IMG/VR virus record: IMGVR_UViG_3300044676_004445
Span: 1-33,135 of that record
Origin: a virus
Taxonomy: Duplodnaviria; Caudoviricetes
DNA length: 33,135 nt
Direction: 5' to 3' (one strand)
The notes under the pieces are model-generated. The model made no database searches. It was not told the DNA's origin and saw only the letters and a list, made by a program, of their open reading frames with translations. This document shows positions 1 to 9,700 of the stretch, piece by piece. The number at the start of each line of letters is the position of its first letter. Within the stretch, counting starts at the first letter, position 1. Both the position numbers and the translations under genes were made by a program.

Positions 1-353
1 ATCAACTGGGGGTGTGCCTCAACGCCCGTGGGTATGGATGCTTATTATCTGTGTGGGGGATGTGTGGTTTTGTTGGGATCTGTTTTGGTGATGGGTTGCT
101 GCAGGGAGGTTTATGTCCCCCATCTGGGTGCCGCTTTTCCAGATTCCCGCTCGTTGTCGTGGAGCTTCACGTTTAGTGCATTGTTTTTCGCCGTCGCCGG
201 TTCGTGCTTCTCTCGTCTTCCTGCCTGGACCGGGTTCGTCGCCGTGTCTAGGGCATGAGAGATCGACCACGTTTCCGTGGGTTGCGTCCCGCACCGTGCA
301 AGTGGTGTACGACCTGAGCGAGCTGCGTGGCTCGGTGGTTTGATTGTATCAGA

Positions 354-467
354 TTATTTTTTGGTTTTGGGTTTTTGTGAGCCGTGTTTTGGGTGGTGTC
401 GTCCGCTTGCTTTGTACCGGCTGGCTGTTGGTGTGACGGGTGGTCGTATTGGCTGGTTGTTGTTCAT
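354..467 (-). CDS. small basic hypothetical protein (37 aa, MNNNQPIRPPVTPTASRYKASGRHHPKHGSQKPKTKK)
   Basis: ATG at 467, one base after the dpdA-like stop; TAA at 354-356; below the ORF-track cutoff, translated by hand. Confidence 0.4.
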   Translation of the reverse strand: MNNNQPIRPPVTPTASRYKASGRHHPKHGSQKPKTKK

Positions 468-468
468 T

Positions 469-1245
469 TTAGAAGAGTTCTGGTTGTATGCCGGCGGTGC
501 CGATGTTGTTGTTGATGTTGTTTGCCCATTGGGTTGCCCATGTGCGGCAGTGTGAACATTTTTTGGCTCGATGTTGGGTTCCGCAGAGTGGTCCTGGTGC
601 GAGTCGTGCGGTGAGTGACCAGGCGAGGCTGTCTGCTGATTGTAGGTAGTTGCCCATGATGGGTAGTCCGTCTTGTTTTACGCCGAATCCGTGCATTTTT
701 AGGCCGTTTTCCCAGAGTCGGTAGACGAGGTTGTGTACTGGTTTGAGGTTTGCTCGTCGGCAGAAGGTTCCCATTCCTACGGTTGGGGCTTTTGTGAGGT
801 CTATGCCTGCTTTGTCGTACATTTCGATGTGGCGTAGGTAGTCGTCTGGTTGCCAGCCTTGTAGGGCGGGGATGATTGGGAGTGTTGGGGAGAGTGTTTT
901 GAGGGTGAGGTAGTTGTTGACGGTGAGTTGTTGGTGTTCTGTGACAGTTTTGCCGGTTTTTGCTAGAACGCTGGGTTCGCACATCCAGTCTTGTGGTGCT
1001 GCCCAGTCGAGGTTGCCGATTTCGTTGGCGTAGCGTTGTACGAGTGCCACATATTTGTGCGGGCTAGTGCGCCATTCTCCGTACATGTTGAGTTCGGTGA
1101 ATCCTCCGCTGTCTAGTGCCCAGCGTGTGTTGGATGGTTTCAGGTTTTTGTAGCGTTCTAGTCTGCGGCGTGAGATGAATAGGGGGTGTGGGGGTGTGTT
1201 GTCCCATAGCCAGTATGCGTCGTCGGTTCCAAGATAGAAAATCAT
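469..1245 (-). CDS. dpdA: DpdA/tRNA-guanine-transglycosylase-like protein (putative 7-deazaguanine DNA modification enzyme), 258 aa
   Basis: TGT-fold motifs LDSGGF, PQDWMCEP, IPALQGW, HGFGVK, SADSLAWS and a C-terminal Cys/His cluster (CGTQH...CSHC); start MIFYLG at 1245 overlaps the whiB stop (TAATG). Confidence 0.75.
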   Translation of the reverse strand: MIFYLGTDDAYWLWDNTPPHPLFISRRRLERYKNLKPSNTRWALDSGGFTELNMYGEWRTSPHKYVALVQRYANEIGNLDWAAPQDWMCEPSVLAKTGKTVTEHQQLTVNNYLTLKTLSPTLPIIPALQGWQPDDYLRHIEMYDKAGIDLTKAPTVGMGTFCRRANLKPVHNLVYRLWENGLKMHGFGVKQDGLPIMGNYLQSADSLAWSLTARLAPGPLCGTQHRAKKCSHCRTWATQWANNINNNIGTAGIQPELF

Positions 1246-1544
1246 TAGTTTTTGCCTTGGATGCCGAGTCTTCGGCGTTCTTTTCTTCGTTCGAGTGCGG
1301 TGAGTCCTGCCCATATGCCTTCGAGTGATCGGTCGGCGTGTTGGATGGCGTATTCGTAGCATTGTTGTTTGGCGGGGCAGGTGTTGCAGATTTGTCTGGC
1401 TTCTTGGATGGTGGCGTGTGCTGTGCCTCTGGTTGGGAAGAAGAGGTCGGGGTTGCTGTTGGTGCAGGCTGCTTTGTTTCGCCATTCTGCTTCTTGTTGG
1501 GTGTATGGGGTGAGGGCTTCTAGGAGTAGGTATTTGTCTTTCAT
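1245..1544 (-). CDS. whiB: WhiB-family Fe-S transcription factor, 99 aa
   Basis: WRNKAAC...PDLFFP...ARQICNTCPAKQQC...GIWAG...ERR: four Cys plus the G[VI]WxG turn; ATG 1544 overlaps the rep stop (ATGA). Confidence 0.93.
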   Translation of the reverse strand: MKDKYLLLEALTPYTQQEAEWRNKAACTNSNPDLFFPTRGTAHATIQEARQICNTCPAKQQCYEYAIQHADRSLEGIWAGLTALERRKERRRLGIQGKN

Positions 1545-2287
1545 TTGTTGCATTCCTCGCATTGGGTGGCGTAGTAGCGTCCTTGGTCGTCTTCGTAGCT
1601 GGTCCAGCCGGTGGAGTCGCATGCTGGGCATTCTGGGCGTTTTGGTTGGTCGTATGCTCGAGGGGGTTCGTTTGTTTCGATGTTTTCGTTTTCGTAGGAG
1701 CCGGCGTTTAGCCATGATGCTGGGTAGGGGATGTATTGGGGGTCGCGTGTGAGTGCGCTGTCTGGTGTGGTGAGTTGCCGGCGGGTGGCTTCGATGATGT
1801 GTTCTGGTTTGGTTTTTTTGGTGTGGGCTTTCCAGGCTTTGATGGCGTTCTGTTTGTTGACTTTTTTTGGGTACAGTTTCCACCATTCGTCGAATTGGTT
1901 GTTTGGCTCTGGTTCTTTGGCTTTGGTTACTGCGTCGCTGGCGCGAGGGGGTGGTGTCATATGCGCGAGGGGGGTAGTGTCGTGAGCGCGAGGGGTGCTG
2001 TGGATAACGTATTTGTTTGAGAGGTAGCGTTCTGGGTTGTCGGGGTCGCGTCGGTGGTGCACGGTGATGTATCCGTGTTCGACGAGTTCTCGGATTGCTC
2101 GATCTACGCTGCGGGGGTTGGTGTGTGCGAGTTTGGCGATCCGTGTGCGTCCGGGGTGGCAGGTTCCTTGTTGGTCTGCGTGTCTGCGTAGCACTCCGTA
2201 GATGCGTACTGCGAGGTGCCCGATGTTTCCGTACAGCACGTTTTCGGGGATGACAGCGAAATATTCTGTGGCTTCGACCTGTTCCAT
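1541..2287 (-). CDS. phage replication initiator (N-terminal wHTH, replisome-organiser-like region, C-terminal CxxC...CxxC), 248 aa
   Basis: FAVIPE...RIYGVL...CHPGRTRIAKLAH...SVDRAIRELVEHGYI...SNKY wHTH; FDEWWKLYPKKVNKQNAIKAW and YIPYPASWLN motifs; GGAGA RBS before ATG 2287. Confidence 0.8.
   Translation of the reverse strand: MEQVEATEYFAVIPENVLYGNIGHLAVRIYGVLRRHADQQGTCHPGRTRIAKLAHTNPRSVDRAIRELVEHGYITVHHRRDPDNPERYLSNKYVIHSTPRAHDTTPLAHMTPPPRASDAVTKAKEPEPNNQFDEWWKLYPKKVNKQNAIKAWKAHTKKTKPEHIIEATRRQLTTPDSALTRDPQYIPYPASWLNAGSYENENIETNEPPRAYDQPKRPECPACDSTGWTSYEDDQGRYYATQCEECNK
1941..2007. repeat. putative replication origin: three GCGCGAGGGG iterons plus a DnaA box inside the initiator gene
   Basis: GCGCGAGGGG at 1941, 1963 and 1986 (22-23 bp period); TGTGGATAA at 1999-2007 is the reverse complement of TTATCCACA. 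Confidence 0.7.
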
Positions 2288-2314
2288 TTTTTCTCCGTTG
2301 TTCGACCTGCGGAA

Positions 2315-2320
2315 AGTATA
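2315..2320 (-). promoter_or_regulatory. candidate -10 element (TATACT) for the leftward rep-whiB-dpdA operon
   Basis: TATACT on the minus strand 27 nt upstream of the rep ATG; no clear -35. Confidence 0.4.
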
Positions 2321-2461
2321 TCGCCGGTTGGTGTCTGTGGGTGTGTCCTGGTGTATCATTGTGTTGCGTAAAGTTTTATCTCCGCTTAACGCACCCCACT
2401 GGGTTGAGCGCGTGGGGGGAAGAGTATTCGACCTCCTCCTCCTCCTGCGTCGCTCCCCATG

Positions 2462-2475
2462 TATCATGTTGTCGA
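2462..2475 (+). promoter_or_regulatory. candidate -10 (TATCAT) giving a leaderless terminase transcript
   Basis: TATCAT at 2462-2467, 7 nt before ATG 2475; no Shine-Dalgarno sequence. Confidence 0.5.
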
Positions 2476-4460
2476 TGACTGGAACGACGAACAGCGGTAG
2501 ACGCAATGTGCCTTTGGAAGATAAGGCTCGTTTCTGGGAAGCTAGAGCGGCCGGCATTTCCATTAAGGAGGCTTGCAAGATTGCTGGCATCCATTACAAC
2601 ACTGGTCAGAAGTGGGATGCGAATCGCCGTAAGATTGAGGCGGATCAGAAGGCTGCTGATTTTGCGGTGAAGAAAGCGGGTGCGGATTCGGGTCGGGCGA
2701 CTCGAGAGTTGCGTTCGATGATTGATGAGGCCGGCGATTTGCCTCCGGTGATTCCGTATGAGCGTTTGTCGGAGCGTGCGAAGCGGGGTTGGGACGATTT
2801 CGACTATTTTCGGCGTGTCTATTTGGGGCGTGTGCCGTCTCCGTGGCAGGTTGATGCTGCGTACAAGATTGTTGAGTATTTGGAGTCGGAGGAAAAAGAG
2901 TTCCTTGTGTTGAATTGTCCTCCGGGTGCTGGCAAGTCAACGCTTTTTCACGATGTAGCTGTCTGGTCTATTGTGAGGAACCGTGCGATCCGTGTGTTGA
3001 TTGGTTCTATTTCGCAGACGTTGGCGAAACAGTATTCTCGACGTATCCGTGAAACCCTTGAACGGCCTGTCCGGCTGTCTCCTGACCCTGAGCAGGTGCG
3101 TAAAGGGCTGGTTGTTGAACCTGAGGGCTGTTTGGCGCAGGATTATGGCCGTTTTAAACCGTTGGCTTCGGGTTCGTTGTGGCGTGCAGAAGAATTTGTG
3201 GTGGAGCAGTACATTCCGGGCGGTTTGGACAACAAAGAACCGACAGTTTCGGCGTACGGTATCGATTCAGAGTTCATTGGTCACCGTGCCGACCTGTGTT
3301 TGTTTGACGATGTGGCGTCACCGGAGAACGCTAAGGAATCTGTTGCCCGTGACCGTCTGCTGGAACGTTGGGATTCGATGGCTGAGGCACGTTGCGACCC
3401 TGGTGGGCTGGTTTCGGTGATCGGGCAGCGTCTCGGACCCGGCGATTTGTACCGTCACTGTCTTGACAAAGTCACTTACGAAGATGTTGACGACGAAGAT
3501 GACGGCGAAGACATGACCGTTGAAGAAGCAATGGCCGATCCAACGATGGTGCAGAAATATCATCAGCTGATTTATAAGGCGTACTACGAAGAGTTGGATA
3601 CCGGCAAGGTGTCTCGCCGTAAAACGTCACTGCCTTGGCCGGACGGACCGATGCTCGACCCTGTGCGTTTGCCGTACAAAGATTTGTCGTACATCAAACA
3701 CAACCAGCCACAAAAGTTTCGTGTCGTCTATCAGCAAGAAGACATCGATCTGGACTACCAGCTTGTTGAACGCCCTATGCTGATCGGCGGTATTGCATCT
3801 GACGGCATTGAGTATCCGGGCTGTATCGACCGTGACCGTCAACCAGGTTTCCTGCCCCGTGGCCTGTCGGCACCGTGGGTCAGCATCGTGTCGGTTGACC
3901 CGTCACCCGCAAACTTTTGGGGTGTCATCTGGACAGTTATCCAACCCGAGCTCGGTTTGTATCATGTGGTTGACATTCTTCGAGTCAGACTGACTGCCGA
4001 AGAACTGTTGGGTTACACGATGGCAACCGGCACCTACTCCGGCATCCTTGAAGATTTGATTGACCGTAGCGAAGATTTGGGTTACCCGATTTCCCATGTG
4101 GTTGTTGAGGTGAACGCTGCTCAAAGGTTCTTGTTGGCACACGACTTTGTTCGACGTTGGCAGGCGTTGCGTGGGGTGCAGATCGTTCCGCACACAACCG
4201 CCCGAAACAAAATCGATCAGAACCTCGGGTTGGAAGCGTTGATACCGCCTGTTATTCGTTCAGGGTCGGTGCGTCTCCCGACGCTGTCCGGTAACTGGAA
4301 AACGTTGGCCTTGGTGGACGAGCTGACATCGTGGACGCGCGACAAAAAGAAAGGCACCGACCTTGCTATGGCGTTGTGGTTCATGTTACTTAACGCACCT
4401 AAGTTCACTGCTCCTAAACTCCCGCCACGCTTGTGGCGACCAACGTTCCTTACCGAGTAA
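2475..4460 (+). CDS. terL: terminase large subunit with N-terminal HTH extension, ~661 aa
   Basis: PSPWQ adenine-binding motif, Walker A LNCPPGAGKST, Walker B GHRADLCLFDD, VIGQR coupling motif, nuclease SVDPS, VVVEVNAAQ, TDLAMALW. Confidence 0.93.
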   Translation: MTGTTNSGRRNVPLEDKARFWEARAAGISIKEACKIAGIHYNTGQKWDANRRKIEADQKAADFAVKKAGADSGRATRELRSMIDEAGDLPPVIPYERLSERAKRGWDDFDYFRRVYLGRVPSPWQVDAAYKIVEYLESEEKEFLVLNCPPGAGKSTLFHDVAVWSIVRNRAIRVLIGSISQTLAKQYSRRIRETLERPVRLSPDPEQVRKGLVVEPEGCLAQDYGRFKPLASGSLWRAEEFVVEQYIPGGLDNKEPTVSAYGIDSEFIGHRADLCLFDDVASPENAKESVARDRLLERWDSMAEARCDPGGLVSVIGQRLGPGDLYRHCLDKVTYEDVDDEDDGEDMTVEEAMADPTMVQKYHQLIYKAYYEELDTGKVSRRKTSLPWPDGPMLDPVRLPYKDLSYIKHNQPQKFRVVYQQEDIDLDYQLVERPMLIGGIASDGIEYPGCIDRDRQPGFLPRGLSAPWVSIVSVDPSPANFWGVIWTVIQPELGLYHVVDILRVRLTAEELLGYTMATGTYSGILEDLIDRSEDLGYPISHVVVEVNAAQRFLLAHDFVRRWQALRGVQIVPHTTARNKIDQNLGLEALIPPVIRSGSVRLPTLSGNWKTLALVDELTSWTRDKKKGTDLAMALWFMLLNAPKFTAPKLPPRLWRPTFLTE

Positions 4461-4480
4461 GAGCAGACAAACAGGAGACA

Positions 4481-4579
4481 ATGTCAATGCCATGCGAAAA
4501 TTGTGGAAAAGAATTTGACCCCGTAGCAACCCGCTGGCGATGCCCGCACTGCGGTTTAAAACATCATTGCTGCGGATAA
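4481..4579 (+). CDS. 32-aa zinc-ribbon microprotein (MSMPCENCGKEFDPVATRWRCPHCGLKHHCCG)
   Basis: AGGAG RBS, CxxC...CPxCG...CC pattern; translated by hand. Confidence 0.7.
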   Translation: MSMPCENCGKEFDPVATRWRCPHCGLKHHCCG

Positions 4580-4588
4580 TGCTATCCT
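4580..4588 (+). promoter_or_regulatory. candidate extended -10 promoter (TGCTATCCT) upstream of portal
   Basis: TGnTAnnnT in the intergenic gap; the same pattern recurs at 14940 and 16546. Confidence 0.45.
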
Positions 4589-4620
4589 AGAGGCACCAAT
4601 GTCATACGCTCGGAGCCTTT

Positions 4621-6384
4621 ATGCGGACTATTGAAGAAATCGTCGCCCTATACAACCACAGGCGTCGCATACTGGGACCAGTCCATGACCAGATGCAAGC
4701 CGTCAGAGAACTCGCCCGTGGCGACGTCATCGTTCCGTTAAACGAACTTGACTCCAACGCCCGAGCGTCAGTGGCGAACCTTCTATCAATCGGACTCGAC
4801 CAAATGTCAATGCGGGTTGCATCAACAATGCCAACCCCGTACTTCCCGCCGTTGAAAGACGGATCACAACGCTCAAAAGATTTAGCGTCACTCCGCAAGA
4901 AAACCATGATTTCGTTTTGGGATCACAACCGGATGAACATGAAGTTGCGTCGCCGTAGCCGACACCTGCTCGGATACAGCTCGTCACCTGTCATCGTGAA
5001 ACCATGTTTCCGCACCAACATGCCGAAGTGGCACATGCGGAACCCGCTCGACACTTACGCTGCACCAACCGACGACTTCGACAACCCAGTCCCAGACGAC
5101 GTCATCTTCACCTACCGCAAACCGTACCAATGGCTGTTCGCAATGTACGGACCGATCATCCAAGGCAAACTACGGATTGGCCGGCCAGAACCCGACACCA
5201 TGTTCACCTTGCTGGAATACGTCGACGACCAGCATCTGGTTATTGGTGTGCTCGGCGCATACGACGACCCGTCACTCCCAGCAGCAGAACGCGCCGGCCT
5301 AGAAGTCATGGAGCTAGAACGGGTAGAGAACCGGACAGGTCGCCCAATGGCAGTCGTCCCGCAACGCATCACACTTGACCAGCCTCGAGGCCAGTTCGAC
5401 GACATGCTCGGCATGTTCTACACCCGTGCCCGCCTCCAAGCATTGACAGAAATCGCTATTGAACGAGGCATCTTCCCAGACGAATATTTGGTTGCTCGCC
5501 CCGGCGAAAACCCTGAACTCATCCAGATTGCTGACGGCAAAACCGGCCAGCTCGGAATTGTTAAAGGTGGCGACCTCCAGCTGCAGCAAGTCAACCCTGG
5601 TTACAAAACAGAACAAGCACTTGACCGCATCGAACGACAAGAACGTTTGGAAGGCGCAATACCAGCAGAGTTCAGCGGCGAATCCGGCACCAACATCCGT
5701 ACCGGCAGGCGAGGCGAAAACGTCCTGTCAGCAACCGTCGACTTCCGGGTGCAAGAAGCACAAGAAATCTTGGCGTCCTCCATGCTGGAAGAAGACAAAG
5801 TTGCGATCGCAGTTGACAAAGCCTACTTCGGCAACCAACAAAAATCGTTTTTCATTCCTGGTCGAGCGAACGTCGACAAAGCCGACTACACGCCGAACAA
5901 ACTTTGGGAAACCGACTTCCACCATGTCGCCTACTCCGCTGCAGGTTCCGACGTCAACAACCTCATCATCGGTTTAGGCCAACGCATGGGTACTGGCATG
6001 ATGTCGAAAGAATCTGCCCGTGAAGCCGACCCACTGATTGACGATCCAGAAATGGAACACGACCGCATCACTTCCGAAGGTGTCGAAGCAGCATTGCTGG
6101 CATCAATCCAGCAGCAAGCATCACAACCCGACGGACCGTACCAGCCGGCAGACTTGGCGTCACTTGTCAAGAAAGTAATGGTAGAAAACAAATCTTTGTT
6201 TGACGCTGTCAGCGAAGTAGACAAAGAAGCCCGTGAACGTCAAGCAACCGAAGCTGAAGCAATGGCACCAGAAACGATGCCCGGTTTGGCTATGCCCGGT
6301 ATGGGAGCGGAACAACCTGCTGCACCGCCACCGCAACCAGGTGGAGGCGGAATCGAAGCCCTTCTCGCACAGTTGGGAGGCTAA
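4621..6384 (+). CDS. portal protein (podovirus-type), 587 aa
   Basis: Size, position after the terminase, helical composition and low-complexity Pro/Gly C-terminal tail. Confidence 0.8.
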   Translation: MRTIEEIVALYNHRRRILGPVHDQMQAVRELARGDVIVPLNELDSNARASVANLLSIGLDQMSMRVASTMPTPYFPPLKDGSQRSKDLASLRKKTMISFWDHNRMNMKLRRRSRHLLGYSSSPVIVKPCFRTNMPKWHMRNPLDTYAAPTDDFDNPVPDDVIFTYRKPYQWLFAMYGPIIQGKLRIGRPEPDTMFTLLEYVDDQHLVIGVLGAYDDPSLPAAERAGLEVMELERVENRTGRPMAVVPQRITLDQPRGQFDDMLGMFYTRARLQALTEIAIERGIFPDEYLVARPGENPELIQIADGKTGQLGIVKGGDLQLQQVNPGYKTEQALDRIERQERLEGAIPAEFSGESGTNIRTGRRGENVLSATVDFRVQEAQEILASSMLEEDKVAIAVDKAYFGNQQKSFFIPGRANVDKADYTPNKLWETDFHHVAYSAAGSDVNNLIIGLGQRMGTGMMSKESAREADPLIDDPEMEHDRITSEGVEAALLASIQQQASQPDGPYQPADLASLVKKVMVENKSLFDAVSEVDKEARERQATEAEAMAPETMPGLAMPGMGAEQPAAPPPQPGGGGIEALLAQLGG

Positions 6385-6387
6385 CCC

Positions 6388-6789
6388 ATGTCGGACACTG
6401 GTCAAAACTACCCGAACCGTAGCGACCTTCGGGACGCTTCAACACGTCAAGCCCGTTTCACTGGACAAACCTACGGCGAAGGTGCCGCACAGGTACGAGC
6501 ACAACAAGCAGTTCCTGCCGGTGCGCCCCCTACCGCAGTACAAGGACAGCAAATGGCGCAACGCCCCCGACCGGGAGCACAAGCATTTAACCGTCCATCG
6601 GAACGACCAAATGAACCGATTACATCTGGCGCAGATTTCGGTCCAGGCATGAACAGCATGCAGGCAGGTATCCGTCCACGGTTCATTCAAGAAGACGAAA
6701 TTGAACAACGTTTAATGATGCTGTATCGGGCGCACCCCAACGAAGGGCTACGCCTGTTGTTGAACCGTTACACAGGTAGCAAGTTCTAA
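6388..6789 (+). CDS. hypothetical virion-associated protein, 133 aa
   Basis: Tightly coupled to portal and the next gene; YGEG...QQAVP and RPSERPNEPITSGADFGPG motifs recalled from post-portal genes of actinobacterial podophages. Confidence 0.65.
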   Translation: MSDTGQNYPNRSDLRDASTRQARFTGQTYGEGAAQVRAQQAVPAGAPPTAVQGQQMAQRPRPGAQAFNRPSERPNEPITSGADFGPGMNSMQAGIRPRFIQEDEIEQRLMMLYRAHPNEGLRLLLNRYTGSKF

Positions 6790-9700
6790 TGGGGGCAGAA
6801 GACCTTCTGTACAACGACGAACAACAGTTACGTCGAGAACTTGTCGATGAGGAATACAACGTCCTCAACTATGTGAAGCAGGCCAGCAAAGACCAGTCTG
6901 ACATCATCAACGATCTTGTGGCGTATGCCCCTAACGCACCGGGCGAAATCATGTATCCGCTCGCAGAATCTGTGCGTATGGGTGCCATGACGTTCGAACA
7001 AGCAGCTCAAACCGCTGTCGATTCGGTTCAGATGATGGCAACAAAAACGGTGGAACGTCAACCAGAACCTAAAAACTGGTGGGACAACATCACCGAAGGC
7101 GGGTTTGAAGGCATCAAGAAAGCTAGCAAATGGGGTTTCGCCGCTCTTGAGTTCCTGCCACAAACCGTCACAAACCTTGCATCCCGTAACTACGGCTATA
7201 CCCAGCAAGGCGTCGAAGCAGTCGCCGGACGCAACTTCGGCATGGGTGAATACGAGAAACCAGAAACAGGTTTCTTTGACGGACTTTGGTCATCCACCGA
7301 TCTTGGTGCATTGTTTTCTGGCGCAGAATCCGGCAACGGATACTTCATTGGTGAAGCAGCGAAAGAATTCCAAGAAGACAGAGCACGCGCATACCGTGGC
7401 ACCATCAGCGGAGAAACATGGACTCTAGGTCGTGGCTTCGCAAACAACTTCGCGCAACCCGGATCCCAAGCGTTCAACATTTCATCCGGTCTTGTTGATG
7501 CGGCTGCAGCACTCGCTATCCCGTCAATCCCCGGTTCAAAAGTAGTTACCAAAGGTGCCCGTGCTGTCGGCCGTCCACTCGGCAAAGCAGACGAGTTCGC
7601 TCAAGGTGTTGAAAACACGTTGCGTGGCGCACGCCGTCTCACTGCGCTACCTGGCTCCAAACGAGCAAACCTTGCTGGCATCACCTATTCGAGTCGGCCA
7701 CACATCGACCGGAACTCTATCGGCCGCTGGTTGGAAAGCCGGGAAGGTAAAGCAGTTAAGGAACGTCTTGTCGGTGTTAACAGCATTGAAGAAGCAACCG
7801 ACATGTTCCGTAACGCAGACGCAGATTTCTGGTTGCGTCTCACCAAAACCGAAACAGTTGACGACGTAGACGCTTTGCTACGGGATCGTCTCGGCCTAGA
7901 AGGACTAGCCCGCACCGACGACATACGCATCGGCACAATGGCCGACCGCAAACGAGCATTGTTCGGCATCCAAGGCGCAAGCAGTGTCGACGGGGCACAA
8001 CCCGGACGCGTCAAAAGCGGATTCCAGTCATGGTATGCACGCAACTTCACACCAGTTGCTGGCCGTGAAATGGTTGTTGTATCGGACGACATTCGTGACT
8101 TGACACAAACTGTTCGTAACGCACGCGACTATCTGCGTACTTTGCGGGTCGCACCAGAAGAACGTGAAACGATTCTTAAAGACATCACGGATGCTTTGTT
8201 GACTCGAGGTGTCGAAGGCAACATCCAAGACGCAATGAAGTCGTTGGACGACGCAGTGATCCGAGAACTCAGCCTCAAAAACGTTGGACGTGATGCACGG
8301 AAACGCATCAAAGCCGGACAAGCAACCGCAGAAGACACCGCCGCACTCAAAGCAGCAGACACATTCCACCGTGACGTGTTTGGCAAGTTCCGTAACGACG
8401 TCGGCGACTACGACCTGTACGGCACCATCGACGAATCAGGTAACACCGCAGTCATCAAAGGTTTGAATTTCACTGTTGACGGCGAAGTCATTATTGACGC
8501 TAAAGGTGATCTTGTTTCAGCTACCGCACACATCCCGTCAGAAATGCGTAAGTTTGCTGGCTACATGCCTGACGCCCGTCGTGTCCGTCGAGCAAGCGCA
8601 CGCTACAACTTCATGTGGACAAAACATGCGAAAGATCCAGCCAAGTGGGGCGATCCCAAGTTGTACACGGCAATGATGGACAAAATACAGCAAGACATTT
8701 GGCGTCCAGCAACCCTAATGACCGGCGGATACATGTTCCGCAACATGATCGAATCCGTTATCCGGGCAGGAGCAACACCTGGCATCAAAGCAGGACCGCT
8801 ACATCCGTTGGAATGGATGCGAGCAGTCGGTAAAAAACGTTATCCAGGTGACGTCAACGGAGCAGATTTTGCTGAAAACTCTGTTCTTGCAGGTCGACGC
8901 ACCAACGCCGAATACATCGACGCCACCAACGCAAAACCCCGTGAAGCAGTCGACGTCATCGACATCGAAAAAGCAGGACACCGAAGCGGCCACTACCAGC
9001 TCGTATCCCGCCCCCGTGTCGCCAGCGAAAACAAAAACTATGTCACCGGCGTAGCAAACGAACTCCGTCTCATGGCGAACACCCCGCTCGGCCGAATCGC
9101 TGCAGACATCATGGAACAAGGCGGTTCCAGAGAAGAAGCTGTCGCCACGATGCGTGCATGGCTATCCGGCGCAGACGAAGCGTTCTACGTTGAACGTTAC
9201 GCGTTCCGACCAGGACAAGGAAAAGAAGAACTCAAACGCATCAACACCCTCTGGCAAAACAAACGGATCCGTCGAGCAGACACAGGCGAAGAAGTCCGAG
9301 GAAGCATCAATTTCGTTGACGAATCCGGCAACATCGACATGGAAAACCTGTCGGTATACCTCAACGACGTCATCGTTGACCGTCTTGAACAAGTCACCGG
9401 AAGCAACAATGTTCTGCTGTCCATGATTGCCCGTTCACTAGACGGCACCTTCATGGACGAGCTCGGCGATATCAAACCAGCGTTCCGTGACATAACCGGC
9501 AGAGGATCACTTGACGTTGACTCTTTCGACTACTCCGACGAAATGCTTGAAGAAATCCGCAAACTCGTCGACGACCCTGACGCACAACTACCGCAGTTCG
9601 TTAAAACACCAACCGACGTCAACACAGCACGATTCGGCAAAACAGGCGGACCAATCGGCGAAGCATGGCGACGCACTATCGACCACTTCTTCGGCAACGT

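Noticed and set aside
464-1886. Arg/His/Thr-rich alternative-frame ORFs and extensions of dpdA and whiB
   Set aside because: By-products of strong strand skew, which reduces stop codons; the true starts are marked by stop/start overlaps at 1245 and 1544
2432-2446. (CCT)5 microsatellite, reading as a strong SD on the minus strand
   Set aside because: No suitably spaced start with a credible ORF; function unsupported
2202-2590. Long N-terminal extensions of the terminase and initiator ORFs that overlap each other
   Set aside because: Better starts exist at 2475 (+) and 2287 (-), with promoter or RBS support; the extensions look non-protein-like
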